This document shows, in pieces, positions 1-10,949 of a stretch of 42,717 nucleotides of DNA. The stretch comes from Coniocarpon cinnabarinum (lineage: Eukaryota): assembly GCA_051942205.1 (NCBI GenBank), contig JAVECO010000188.1:1-42717 (forward strand). Direction: 5' to 3'. The notes below the pieces were generated by a model that searched no databases, was not told where the DNA came from, and saw only the letters and a program-made list of their open reading frames with translations. Position 1 is the first letter of the stretch, and each line of letters opens with the position of its first letter. The position numbers were made by a program, and so were the translations under genes.

Positions 1-313
1 AGGAGGAGGAGGAGGAGGTGGTGGCATGCCCGATTTGGGCCAAATGATGAACAATCCCATGTTCAGGAATATTGCGAACCAAGTCATGAGCAATCCGTCG
101 ATGATGGAGGGCCTGATGAACAACCCGCAAGTACGACAAGCGGCCGAGCGATTTGGCGGAGGAGGTGGTGGCGATGGCGGCGGCGGTGGCATGCCTGACA
201 TGAGTACCATGATGAGCGATCCGGCGATGAGGCAAATGGCTCAGCAATTCATGGGCGGAGGTGGCAACGGTGGACAGAGCGGATCTGGTGGACAAAGTGG
301 CGGCTCGTCATGA
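1..313 (+). CDS. SGT2: 3' end (partial) of SGT2-like small glutamine-rich TPR co-chaperone: Gly/Met/Asn-rich STI1-type C-terminal domain
   Basis: Open frame GGGGMPDLGQMMNNPMFRNIANQVMSNPSMMEGLMNNPQVRQAAERFGGG...MPDMSTMMSDPAMRQMAQQFMGG ending in TGA at 311-313. It resembles fungal Sgt2 C-termini. The N-terminal/TPR part lies outside the window, so Dsk2/Sti1-like alternatives are not fully excluded. Confidence 0.75.
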   Translation, partial: GGGGGGGGMPDLGQMMNNPMFRNIANQVMSNPSMMEGLMNNPQVRQAAERFGGGGGGDGGGGGMPDMSTMMSDPAMRQMAQQFMGGGGNGGQSGSGGQSGGSS

Positions 314-846
314 TAGTCCCAGGAATGATGTATGCTTGAATGTTGACATAGCATGGTGTTGGTGATATGAATGAACAGCCTATGCCCAATGACGTTGTGG
401 CACAGCATATCGGTCTTGTATTGCTCGAGCCTCACAGCGGGTCTGCAAGTACTTCAGCCATCCAGTCACGCATTGCATGAGCATATGCAACAGCGGCTGT
501 GGCGTCGAGGATCGACCGCTAGTAAGTCAAGCTCGCCGCCTGACAGACCACATGCAACTTCCATCTTGACCATGCAGTGCGATCGTATGATACCACTTGC
601 GATCTGGTGACTCTCGGGCTGCGTGACATAGCTACTGAACAGGGATGCTTGGGCACAGCTGAAACGGCGCCAGCCACCCTCGTTACGTGCCCACAAAGCT
701 ACCTTGAGCCTCAAGTTGCTCGACTGAGTGGAAACTTTCTCAACACGTATACCCGCACGGAGAGCTGAAATTTAGACTTCGAGTCTGCATCTACACTTTG
801 GGATTGAATCGCATCACCTTAGCTTAGACATACGTCAATTTCCAAC

Positions 847-1571
847 ATGGCGACGTGAGGAACCCCCACGTGCTCAACACCATAGAGAGTCAGCTGACGC
901 TCGCAGCAACATCACCTGGCACGCTGGTCTAACACGCAGCGAACGATCCGACTTACGCAAACAGAAAGGCTTCACAATATGGTTCACAGGACTCAGTGCC
1001 TCCGGCAAAAGCACAATAGCCATAGCGCTAGAGCAGCACCTTCTTCACTTGGGTATATTTTTGTATAACATCACACTTGCGTCAGCTAATGTCACCAGGC
1101 CTCGCGGCCTACCGACTCGACGGCGACAACGTCCGCTTCGGCCTGAACAAAGATCTCGGCTTCTCAGAGCGGGATCGCAACGAGAATATCAGGCGGATTG
1201 GCGAGGTGGCGAAGCTGTTCGCCGACAGCAGCACTATAGCTATCACGTCGTTCATCAGTCCCTACAAAGCTGACCGTGATGCCGCGAGGAAGATGCATGA
1301 GGAGGTTGAAAAGGGAGGCTCGGAGGGGTTGCCGTTCGTAGAGGTATTTGTGGATCTGAGTGTGGAGGAGTGTGAGAAACGAGACCCCAAGGGATTGTAT
1401 AAGAAGGCGAGAGCGGGGGAGATCAAGGAGTTCACGGGCATCAGTGCGCCGTATGAGCGACCGGTGAATGCCGAAGTGGTGATTGATAGCCAGAACACCA
1501 GCGTGGAAGATGCAGTGGCTCAGATCGTGAGGTATTTGAGTGAGAAAGATCTCATTAGCGTGAAGGCATGA
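847..1571 (+). CDS. MET14: Adenylyl-sulfate (APS) kinase, ~208 aa, 3 exons
   Basis: Exons 847-854, 907-1052, 1099-1571. Introns are GTGAGG..GCTGAC..CAG and GTATAT..GCTAAT..CAG. The splice gives MATNITWH...[14 protein letters not shown] (P-loop), [48 protein letters not shown]. Confidence 0.97.
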
Positions 1572-2119
1572 GGCCACGACGTATGGACTGGTGTCGTAGG
1601 AGGTCGTCCAAAGACCTCCACAACGCTGAGAAACGTTACAGGGCACACGTTCTCGCCTGGGCTTGTTGCTTCGTGGTCGAGAAGCTGGATCACATCGCTT
1701 CTGCACGTTGGCTATATGTGTGTCTCCAGCCTTTGCAGTGCAAGTATGCAAAGGCAGCGCTGCCATTCAGGTTTTCATCTGTCTGTCAAGCTTGTCTCTA
1801 GCATTCCGTGATCAGAGTGTAAAGGGATTGGAGATGCAATACGATCACATGGGAATTGTGGTCCGCACGTGCCAGGAACACATGTTCAAGCTTCTATCTC
1901 ACATGAGGATGTGCTGACCAAGGCTGTACCCAGATCACAGCGTCGAGCGCAGGGAACATTTCTTACTTGGTACCGTGGGAGTTTTCTGTCGATCTGATCT
2001 GACAAAAGCTTGGAATGTTGCTGGCCGTTGCCAGACTCCGATACAGTGAGCCAGATTTATAGCATCATAGCAACGTAATCACGCTTGTCTGAGCACTGTA
2101 CGAGGCCTGCTCTTGATCT

Positions 2120-3475
2120 ATGTATAGAATCCTGAAATACTTCAAACCCATCTTTCGCACACTCGCTGCACTTCTACTAGCGATCGATCAATACTTTGAG
2201 CATACACGATTTGACAGGACTATTGCAGCCTCGTGGTTATTCGAAATACTTTCTGCTGATATGGACAGCACCGGATCGCACTGCGATAAAGCGCGCCACC
2301 ATAAAAGCAAGTCTGTTGCTGCCCCTAAGACCCAAACTGGTCCTGGCATTCCAGATGCAGTAGTGCCTCTCACAACAAGCAAGTGCGCCAACGTTGGGTT
2401 GCCACTAACCTTCTCACGCTTGCCACATCAGCAAGTGGCGGACAATGCATGCGATACCAAACGTCGCCACAGTAACATCGCAGAGCAGCTTGTTCATGGC
2501 CACGCTGCGAAGCGTAGGCGCACCCCACGCTATGAACGTGCGAACACAGCAACAGCGCCACGTGCTGCGGACAAGCAAGGTGCACGCGGCACTGAGCAAC
2601 AGAATGCGCTTGCTGAGACGTCACGGACTGGGCCGACCGAAGAATTTAGGGTTTCAATGGGTAGTCTTAGTATTGAGCAGCGTTCGACGTCGAATCCGTC
2701 TCCAAGTACTCTGAGAGACTGCGACTCCGGGTCCTCTAGACCTGCAAGCAACAGTCACCAGGGCGCATGCCTAATACCTTGGGGCAAAGCCACGACTCAG
2801 CCGATCCCAATTCCGAGTATTGGTCATGATGAGACTGAAATGAACGACACGTCTCAAGGGACGTCAGCGAAGCGTGTATACGGGAAGGCCAAACTGCTGA
2901 CAAGCGACTGTCCCGGTGGCAGCGCTACTGCCCTCATGAGTCAAATAGTGCCGCAAACAGATTGTGTATCCCGAGGGCACCTTGGCGAGCCGGGCGCCAC
3001 GCGTGATGCCGTACTCGAGCGACAAGAAAGCTCCGGGAGCGTGTACTCGTCAGGCGAATGTCTTCCGCGTTACAAACCTTGCCAAGAAGATTGCGACTGC
3101 TGTTCTGTCGTTTGCGATCCCGAGCCAGAGGAAGACCTCCTTGCTGTTGCCTCACCTGGCTTCTTACCGGTACTGTTAAAGGATTTGGGAAAGAGTCTGA
3201 TAAGAGAGATGGGAAAACTGACTCGTCGCTTGAGGAGAGCCCAAGCAGGGCCACAAACTTCAACCGCAGGGGGACAAAAAGGCTGGATCAAGAAGAAGCG
3301 AGCTCTTGTAAAGCGCAACCTCGAGCAGACCGAGCAGAACTATGATTTAGCCGTGAATAGAGCTGAAGGACTCAGCCGATGGGGCTGGATGTACGATAAG
3401 ATGTGGTCAGGGACCGAGATGCTGCGAATGATGGGGTCTGGCAAGAGCCAAAACAAACCTCACGAGACTGATTGA
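2120..3475 (+). CDS. Hypothetical protein, 451 aa (alternative ATG at 2261), mostly disordered-looking
   Basis: Uninterrupted 1356-nt ATG-initiated ORF. It has a basic AAKRRRTPR patch, a Cys cluster CQEDCDCCSVVC and a helical/basic C-terminus. No family recognised. Confidence 0.6.
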   Translation: MYRILKYFKPIFRTLAALLLAIDQYFEHTRFDRTIAASWLFEILSADMDSTGSHCDKARHHKSKSVAAPKTQTGPGIPDAVVPLTTSKCANVGLPLTFSRLPHQQVADNACDTKRRHSNIAEQLVHGHAAKRRRTPRYERANTATAPRAADKQGARGTEQQNALAETSRTGPTEEFRVSMGSLSIEQRSTSNPSPSTLRDCDSGSSRPASNSHQGACLIPWGKATTQPIPIPSIGHDETEMNDTSQGTSAKRVYGKAKLLTSDCPGGSATALMSQIVPQTDCVSRGHLGEPGATRDAVLERQESSGSVYSSGECLPRYKPCQEDCDCCSVVCDPEPEEDLLAVASPGFLPVLLKDLGKSLIREMGKLTRRLRRAQAGPQTSTAGGQKGWIKKKRALVKRNLEQTEQNYDLAVNRAEGLSRWGWMYDKMWSGTEMLRMMGSGKSQNKPHETD

Positions 3476-4285
3476 GTTGTCACCGTTACTGAACGTTGGA
3501 GAGCTGGTGTCATATAAGGTTGGAGGCCGCGCGTTCCGAAGGCACATCTGTATTAATTAATAGGATCATCAATAGCATTACATCTATGAAATTCCATAAA
3601 TCCTGTTGGACTTCATTGTAACATTCCCTGCTACTGAGCATGTGCACCGCGCGGGCATGCTCTCCGAAAATTAGATGCCAGCGCGCAGCATTCTGAGACG
3701 ATCACTGTCTTTGAACGGAACAAATGTGGCGTGAAAGCGTGTTGCTGATAGCCTGAGTACGCTAGCATGACGCTACCTTACTCACTCTTCTCGGCAGTGT
3801 TGAGATGGCAGAGGGCAAACTTCGTGGCTCAGGGAGAGGCAACAAGAGAAGTGGGCGGACAGCCGTGTATCTCTAACGAGGCACGTGCACAAAAGCCGCT
3901 TTGAGGTTAGCGGATTCAAGCATCCTCATCCCTACACAAACCCCGACTCAAGTCCAAGGAAAGGCTTGGAAAGGCTTACATATTATCCCTGCGGAATTTC
4001 ACGTCACCACTGCCATTCAACGCGTAAGTGAGGAACATACCGCGCCAAATATCTCTGCATACAAGCGGCAAGGAAGAGGCTAGACACTGCAACGAAGATG
4101 GATCGAGATCACTTCAGTGAATGCATGTAGAGACATACTCGGCGCGCAAGAGTCAAAGAAAATGCCATCTCGAAGATGGAATGTATCATTTCTACATATC
4201 AAGAAGTAATGTATCGTATATCCTGTCCGCCATTACGCATTACAATGTCATAGCTCGAATGACCTGTTGCAAGGCCGAATGCTTT

Positions 4286-7200
4286 TTACATAACTATCAT
4301 CATAGCCATGCCTGCTGCCGCCACTAAGCACCAGCCTTCTCCCATCACATCTAGTCTTCCGGCGGCACCTGGACTCGATGTTGCTGGAGCCGTTCCTCTC
4401 GTAGGGCTGCTGAGTGCACCACCACCGGGGTTGCCACCTGAACCGCTTGTACCTTCTGCGTTTTGACCCTGCGTGGCAGTTGCTGCAGGTATTGTACTCG
4501 TCCCATCGACAATCAATCTGCCATCCGACGCCAAGCTCACCGTGTGTCCACTGATCACTGCTTGCGGACCGCCAGCCGTCAGCGTCTGCGAGCCGATTAC
4601 ATCAGCACTGGTCAATTTGCCATCAGGCCCGGTGATCATGATCGAAGACGCCGTAAGACTGCCGGGCACGCCATTGACACTGAATGTCGCAGCCAGGGGC
4701 TTCCTGGTCAACGGCGCTCCGGACGGCATAAGAGTCCTCGTACTGTCAACAATGACCGCGCCGTTTGACGCAAGAGAGACCACGTGGCCTGAGATTGTGG
4801 ACGCAGGACCGCCGGCTTCGAGTGTGCGTCCGCCAATCACGTCTTGCAGTGTCGTCCTGCCATCTGCACCGGTCTTGATGGTTTGCTGGCCGGCGAGCAC
4901 ATCGCTGTTGCTGACTGTGATGTGACCTGTGTAGTCGGGAGCCAATGTCGCCCCGCCGTCCACAAAGATTTGACCAGAAGAACCAACTGAAAAGACGTGG
5001 CCGGAGATTGAGGCCGTGGCACCAGGCGTGAGAGTAGAACCTTCGATAACCTCAGCCGGTACGAGCTGACCATTAGCGCCGGTAACAGAGGTGGAACGCG
5101 CAGACAATGTTTGTGGTGCCATGGTAGGACCAATCGTAAGCGCGCCACCAACTGCAGATGTAGGTTGATTATCGACGAAAATCTGACCGTTAGGTGCCAC
5201 AGAAACTGCATGACCTTGTATCTGTTGCGCAGGAGCGCCGGGCAGAACGGTCTGTCCTGCAATGACTGACCCTGTCGTGACTTTGCCATTATCACCAGTG
5301 ACGACGGCGGAGGACGCTGGAAGCGTTTGAGGAAGACTCCCAGGCGCGAGGGTGATCATGCCGGCGGGATTGGGTGCCACGGGAGTAGAATCAACAACCA
5401 GGGCGCCATTTGGAGCCACTGAGACTTGATGGCCGGATATAGTTTGCGCCGGTTGTCCAGCCTGGATAGTTCTGCCTCCGACAATCTGAGCTGAGGTCGT
5501 CTGCCCGTTTGGACCAACTATAGAAGTGGCTTGATCAGGCACAAGCTGGGGTACACCGCTCGAAGGACCCAAAGTAAGGGAAAATGCACCATTCGATAGC
5601 GCAGAGCCCAGTGGACGCGCAGTACTGGTGCCGTCGACAATGACGCCTCCGTCAGTTGCAGCTGAAAGCGTATGACCGGCAATCACAGCTCCGGGCCCGT
5701 TAGGAAGTAGCGTTGAGCCTCCAACGACATCTCCAGTGGTTGCAATGCCATCTGCGCCCGTTGTAGTAATGGCTTGCACGGCATTTGGATTCATCGGTCC
5801 ACTGTTCGCTTGATTACTGGGGGTGAACGGCACACCAGTCACAGCTTGAGTGAGACTTCCGTCAACAACAAGACTTTGACCATTGGCAGCAAGACTAATC
5901 GCATGTCCGTCCACTGATGCAGGTGCTCCACCTGCAACAGCTGTTGCACCACCTGGAAGGGCCACGATTGGCGCTGGCTGAGGCGAGTCTGGTTGCGGCC
6001 GTGGAGGCTGTTGTATTTGTGCAGCAAGAGGCGGAGCTCCTCCTCCCAGATCGATGTTTTGATTTTGAACTGGTCCTTGGCTTGGCCCAGCCGGCGCAAG
6101 GGGTAAAATCCCCACAGAACCCGAGTCTCCATTGCCTGCCGGCGTAGCTAACGAAATGGTATTTCCTCCTGCGATAACTCCTGATGGGCCAGCACTCACG
6201 ACTTGACCACCAATGGTCGCAGCCGGGCCACCAGGAACAAGCGTATTGGAGCCAATCAGAACAGCGTTGGGTCGAGTCTGGCCATTGACGACTGCGGGCG
6301 CCTGCACAGCTACAGCAGAGGATGATGGACCGAGAGGAATGACAACATTAGGAGCATCAGCAACAGCCTGAGCTTGATTTTCATTGCGGTCGCCTTGGCC
6401 GATTTGTGGCGGCGGCACTGCAATGTTCCCAATATTTGCCGCGCCAGGCTGAACGTTGGCCGCTGCACTAGCACCATCTGCACTGTTGCTGCCACCACTA
6501 GCTGGAAGGGCCGGCGCCACATTTGAAGGTGGACTAGAATTTTGGCCTGAGCCTGCATTCTGCACGTTATTGCTAACTGGAGGAGCTGGGTTTCCTTGTA
6601 GTGCAGGGGGGCCTACCGCAGCGCCAGCGGATTGTATAGGCTGGCTGCTAGGAGCCGGCACAGCGGCTGCTTGTTGTACTGGTCCAGGCTCAGCAGCAGC
6701 AGGTGCAGGAGCTCCAGCTTCTTGTGGGTTCGGAGCAGGCAGGGGTGCAGCAGCTCCAGCTTGCTGTTGGTTCGCAGCAGGCAAGGGGGCAGGGGCGGGA
6801 GCACTGGCCGGCTGCCCGGTGGAAGCAGGTTGAGCAGCGGGTGGAGCCACAACAGACGGTTGACTTGAACCCAGACCAAAAGCACCATTGGGAGCCGCCA
6901 GCTGTGCTGGATCAGAAGCAGACGGAGTGTTTGGTGCTGACTGGGGTGCAGGCTGGGGCGCAGGCTGCGGATTCGACAGTGGCGCGTTGCTGTCTTGTAT
7001 CTGTGGCTGCGGATTGGCGCTGCCAGTGTTGGCTGGGGGAGGCTGAGGCTGGATGACAGCATTTGTTTGCAGTCCAGGATTCGAAATTGGTACCATTGGC
7101 CCCGCGGTCGCTGGGATCTGGGGACCTTGTAATTGAGGATTGATGACCTGCACACCTGGGTCGCTGGGGTCCGTTACGACAGGAGCACCTGTGGTATCGG

Positions 7201-9484
7201 CTGATGGATTGGTGAAAGACGTCGTGTCCTGAACTTGGACAGGCAATTCATGTTGAGTACCCAGAGTGGTGAAGGGCTGTTCAGTAATCGGCTGAACGGC
7301 GGCACATCCGTGGCAACCAGGTAACGTAGCCAAAGGATGCCCCGTTGGTCCAAAAGAAGTAGTCTCAATAGGCTGAGGAGGATCATAGAGCCCACCAAGA
7401 GCCATACTGCAAGCATCCCATTCTGGTTTCAAGGCAATAGAGCTGACCTGTGCTGGAATGGAAATCTGTGCATGGTAATCATTGCGGATGATGCTATCGG
7501 TGGGAATTCCATTAGGTCCGCTGTAAGTTGGAGTAGCCGCGCGGAAAAAGTAAGCCGAGGCAGGTACCGGACGTTGATTGTTGAAGAGGTTGTAAGGCTC
7601 TGCACTTTCAGTCATCATGAACGTGGTGCCCGTCGTCGGGCTTCCCGATATCAGTGTCTGTAGTTCACTCTGCCAGGGACCTGTGAAGCCACTGATATGG
7701 TGGACAACGCTCGACAGGTCTGTCGGAAGCATAGAGACGACGAAATTCGGATGATCGTAACTCATGGTCGTCGTCTTGCCGAGGCGTGGAAACCAATCCG
7801 TGGCTGCGAGCCCAGAGATCGCAAGGTAGACCGACGGTGAAGTCATTACAATGCTTTCCACCGATGTATTGTTACTGTATCTGCTTCCGTTCAAGTTGGG
7901 GTTCACGCTGAAGCTCAGATGCTGTGTGACTGATCGAGGACCTGAAGGGGGCGCTACAGTTGCCCAGGTAAGGCCATCGCTTGCGCACGACGGACTCCCA
8001 GTCGTCGTTTCCGGCCAGTAAAATAGTTGCACCTGGCTCGCAGCAATCGTGCATCCTTGCAAGCCTCCCATACCCATGCTTGTGATTTCCGCGGTTACAT
8101 TTGGGGCTGAAGTAATAGTCGGTTTGTCAATTACGCTCCCCGTAGCAGTGGCATTCAATGTCGGAGGGTTGATATTGCAACCTAGCGACACCGGCGGCTC
8201 CATCAACGTACATCCTGGTAGCCTTGTCGTTTCGCTCAAAGTCGTCGAAAACGCAGAACTTGTGGTGACAGAGGTGGATGTGTTGGTGTACCACATCGTA
8301 ATAGACGCTGTATCTGCTCTTTGAAAGCCATCGCAATCAGACATAGATGTCACTGGAGCGGACTTGTTAGGCGCTTCAGTGGACACAGAAATTGAGTAAT
8401 TTGCTGAGGTCAAAACGTCGGTGGATGTGTAGCCTGACCAAGTGACGACGCTGCCAGGGGACGAACTTATCAGGGCCGCCAGCCATTTCGAAGAGGCTGA
8501 TAGATAAGTAGTAAGAGCTTTATCACACGCACTGACGTAGGAATCTCCGTACCCAGTTGGAGCTAGGCCAAGCGGAGGACTATAGTCAAACAAATATTGC
8601 TGTGGGCATGAAGAATTGTTTGTGCCATTTCCGAAACCTGACGTTGTTGTTGGAAACGAGCCATTCGGGCCGTATGGGTAAGGAATAGATCCGTTGGAGT
8701 GTGTCACGGTTGGCTGCAAGGAAGGTAGAGCTGTCGTGTTGTAAGCAGAGGCGCTGGTAGACAGCGTAATTGATGCAGAGGTATTGAGTGGTTGGGATGT
8801 GGAAACGACCGAGCCAGGCTCCGCGGATGCTGAGGAGGTCCCTAATTGTGTCGCGTTGATCGCAGTGGATGACAGCGGATTCGAGCTCGAGAGTAGACTA
8901 GAAACTGGAGTAATAACAGCAACAGAGGAGGACGTGGTGATTAAAGATGAGCTCGACGCGGGCAGAGGCAGATAGTTTGAAGAGGAATTTGTGAGGCCAG
9001 AAGGAGGTGGGGAAGGCCCAGTGGACGAGAGAACCGAAAGCGGTGGCAGACTGTAGAGGCTGGTGGTCGGTGCTATTACATTGGACGTCGAACTGGAGCT
9101 GCCGAGCAATTGTGTAGACGCCGCTGCTGGGCCATTGAGGATGGAGTTGGGTGAACTCGATGAAGAAGAGGTCGTAGGAGATACGCCAGGCGTTGCTGCG
9201 CTTGGATCCTTTGTGGACAGTGAAGGGAGACTCGAAGAGGAGGTCGACGAGGTAGAGCTCGTAGAAGATGCTGTTGAATTTAACGAACACGTCGTCGTGA
9301 GGCCTCCTCCGCTCGTGATGGTTGAACAACAAGCAGAAAGCGCTGATGCTGCGAGAATCGGTGCTGGTGCGGGTACATTGGTATCAAGATCAGAGGTCTG
9401 CGCTACCGCCCTGGTTTGAGCTTTGGTTGAAAGGAAAAGAATTATAGTCCAAGAAATATGAAGGAGTGACTGTACAATGGCCAT
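4286..9484 (-). CDS. Large secreted, probably GPI-anchored cell-surface repeat protein (adhesin/mucin-like), 1732 aa, intronless
   Basis: Domain order: hydrophobic N-terminus (MAIVQSLLHISWTIILFLSTKAQ), Ser/Thr-rich region with N-x-S/T sites, Cys/aromatic-rich central domain, Pro/Ala/Gln linker, 8 degenerate Gly-rich repeats, then SSPGAAG followed by a hydrophobic tail (WCLVAAAGMAMMIVM). Confidence 0.85.
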   Translation of the reverse strand: MAIVQSLLHISWTIILFLSTKAQTRAVAQTSDLDTNVPAPAPILAASALSACCSTITSGGGLTTTCSLNSTASSTSSTSSTSSSSLPSLSTKDPSAATPGVSPTTSSSSSSPNSILNGPAAASTQLLGSSSSTSNVIAPTTSLYSLPPLSVLSSTGPSPPPSGLTNSSSNYLPLPASSSSLITTSSSVAVITPVSSLLSSSNPLSSTAINATQLGTSSASAEPGSVVSTSQPLNTSASITLSTSASAYNTTALPSLQPTVTHSNGSIPYPYGPNGSFPTTTSGFGNGTNNSSCPQQYLFDYSPPLGLAPTGYGDSYVSACDKALTTYLSASSKWLAALISSSPGSVVTWSGYTSTDVLTSANYSISVSTEAPNKSAPVTSMSDCDGFQRADTASITMWYTNTSTSVTTSSAFSTTLSETTRLPGCTLMEPPVSLGCNINPPTLNATATGSVIDKPTITSAPNVTAEITSMGMGGLQGCTIAASQVQLFYWPETTTGSPSCASDGLTWATVAPPSGPRSVTQHLSFSVNPNLNGSRYSNNTSVESIVMTSPSVYLAISGLAATDWFPRLGKTTTMSYDHPNFVVSMLPTDLSSVVHHISGFTGPWQSELQTLISGSPTTGTTFMMTESAEPYNLFNNQRPVPASAYFFRAATPTYSGPNGIPTDSIIRNDYHAQISIPAQVSSIALKPEWDACSMALGGLYDPPQPIETTSFGPTGHPLATLPGCHGCAAVQPITEQPFTTLGTQHELPVQVQDTTSFTNPSADTTGAPVVTDPSDPGVQVINPQLQGPQIPATAGPMVPISNPGLQTNAVIQPQPPPANTGSANPQPQIQDSNAPLSNPQPAPQPAPQSAPNTPSASDPAQLAAPNGAFGLGSSQPSVVAPPAAQPASTGQPASAPAPAPLPAANQQQAGAAAPLPAPNPQEAGAPAPAAAEPGPVQQAAAVPAPSSQPIQSAGAAVGPPALQGNPAPPVSNNVQNAGSGQNSSPPSNVAPALPASGGSNSADGASAAANVQPGAANIGNIAVPPPQIGQGDRNENQAQAVADAPNVVIPLGPSSSAVAVQAPAVVNGQTRPNAVLIGSNTLVPGGPAATIGGQVVSAGPSGVIAGGNTISLATPAGNGDSGSVGILPLAPAGPSQGPVQNQNIDLGGGAPPLAAQIQQPPRPQPDSPQPAPIVALPGGATAVAGGAPASVDGHAISLAANGQSLVVDGSLTQAVTGVPFTPSNQANSGPMNPNAVQAITTTGADGIATTGDVVGGSTLLPNGPGAVIAGHTLSAATDGGVIVDGTSTARPLGSALSNGAFSLTLGPSSGVPQLVPDQATSIVGPNGQTTSAQIVGGRTIQAGQPAQTISGHQVSVAPNGALVVDSTPVAPNPAGMITLAPGSLPQTLPASSAVVTGDNGKVTTGSVIAGQTVLPGAPAQQIQGHAVSVAPNGQIFVDNQPTSAVGGALTIGPTMAPQTLSARSTSVTGANGQLVPAEVIEGSTLTPGATASISGHVFSVGSSGQIFVDGGATLAPDYTGHITVSNSDVLAGQQTIKTGADGRTTLQDVIGGRTLEAGGPASTISGHVVSLASNGAVIVDSTRTLMPSGAPLTRKPLAATFSVNGVPGSLTASSIMITGPDGKLTSADVIGSQTLTAGGPQAVISGHTVSLASDGRLIVDGTSTIPAATATQGQNAEGTSGSGGNPGGGALSSPTRGTAPATSSPGAAGRLDVMGEGWCLVAAAGMAMMIVM

Positions 9485-10949
9485 GAAGACCGGTTAATGA
9501 AGAAGCAAACACTGGTGGCTGTGACCAGAGAAAGCGAAGGAACTACCTGTGTTCGGCAAGGCACATGGTCGCAGACGAGCGTGGACCAAAAGAATGACAA
9601 CAGCAGCGCAACAAAAGACTCCCACAAGAAGTTCGTGAACGGGACGGGCACTGTCACTGGATTGTGGGATGACGAATGTTGGTGACTATAAGCTTATATG
9701 CCAGGCAGAAGAGATCATAGGTCGGCATTGTGATCCATTGCTGACAGCGACACAAGGCAGTGAGCGAGCTCATCTTGCGCAGCTGATCCCAACAGAGGAC
9801 GCGCAAGGATATGATCACGAATGAATGGGTCCTCTCACGCCAGCGTGAGCGTTAGAGATGGGCTCTAAGCGAGTCACAGCCAATCGTGCCCCTCGCTCAG
9901 AAGAGTCAGGCAAATTAGGCGTGAAGAATCGAAGGGGCTGATGGGGCGGCGGAAAGGAATGAGCGAGAGAGTCGCGAACTTGCCGCAGCGTCGCCGGGTG
10001 GTGCAACTGGCAACTGGCAAGATCCCGCAGGTGCAAGGGTGGATCTTTTTGGGGGCGACGGAAGTGCAGGCTCAATACTGGGCCGGGCCCGGCGCTGACG
10101 GCCTCCAGGAATCAGTGCTCAAGACGTATTCTTGCGCGGCTGTGGCGCCGGTAGTCTTGACATTCGAGAAGCGGGGGCGTGAATAATTTTCAGCTCGGGC
10201 CGGCCTCACAAGGTCTGTGAGCGTGTGCATGCAGGAGCGTCAATGAGGTGCTTGATATTACTCTTGTGGCTATGCTGAAGCCTCGCGCGCGCGCTGCCGT
10301 TTGGGTGCCCCATTGCACCTCGACTGAACAGACTCGGACGTATGGCCTTCGCCGAGGCGTGGTGGAGGCGAGGAGTGCGCGACGAGAGAGAGAGGATGAG
10401 ATGAGATGGAAGGAGATGAGGGACTGGGGGGGGCGGGTGAAGAGAGGAAGGAGAAACACTAGCGGTCACGCTTCGGCCGTCCATCTGTAACGCGGCACAG
10501 AGTCATGTGCTTGCATCTCATCCTTACCCTGCCGATATATCTCCGTAGCTTCATTTCGAGCCACATAATTACCACTATACTGGCACGACTGGCCAAAGCC
10601 ACAATCGCCTTACGAGTCACTGAATTATTTTGCAGCAGGCGGTCTCGTCTCATTTCATTGTTCAGGGCATTGAAGCAGGAATTTCGCCGGTGAATCTGAA
10701 CTGCAAATGAATATAGGGGACTCAAGACTTATGACACATACGTACAGCCTGATGAATAGATTCAGGCACAGGATCACTGGGACGACCGTGGACAGCGCTA
10801 CGTTGCGTATTTTGTCAAGCTGAACCTGTCAGGATCGCTTCAATCATAGCTTCATTGGCACAATCTAGTCTAGATGCTCCCTTAATGCTATTGAATACCC
10901 GTGTGATCCATACGCTATGCAACAAAATGTCAATCGACCCCTCCCCCCC

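Noticed and set aside
867..872. CACGTG (Cbf1-like) at the APS kinase gene
   Set aside because: It lies in intron 1, lacks the TCACGTG flank, and the hexamer recurs elsewhere in the window. No CYS3/MetR-type ATGRYRYCAT was seen upstream.
1077..1098. ORF-track N-terminus MRQLMSP for APS kinase
   Set aside because: It lies in intron 2. The P-loop is encoded in the upstream exon and the true start is ATG 847.
4463..9419. Many short antisense and alternative-frame ORFs over the 1732-aa gene
   Set aside because: They are shadows of GC-rich, low-complexity coding sequence with no independent motifs. The same applies to shadow ORFs over CWF19, HST4, MAK21, ProRS and GH79.
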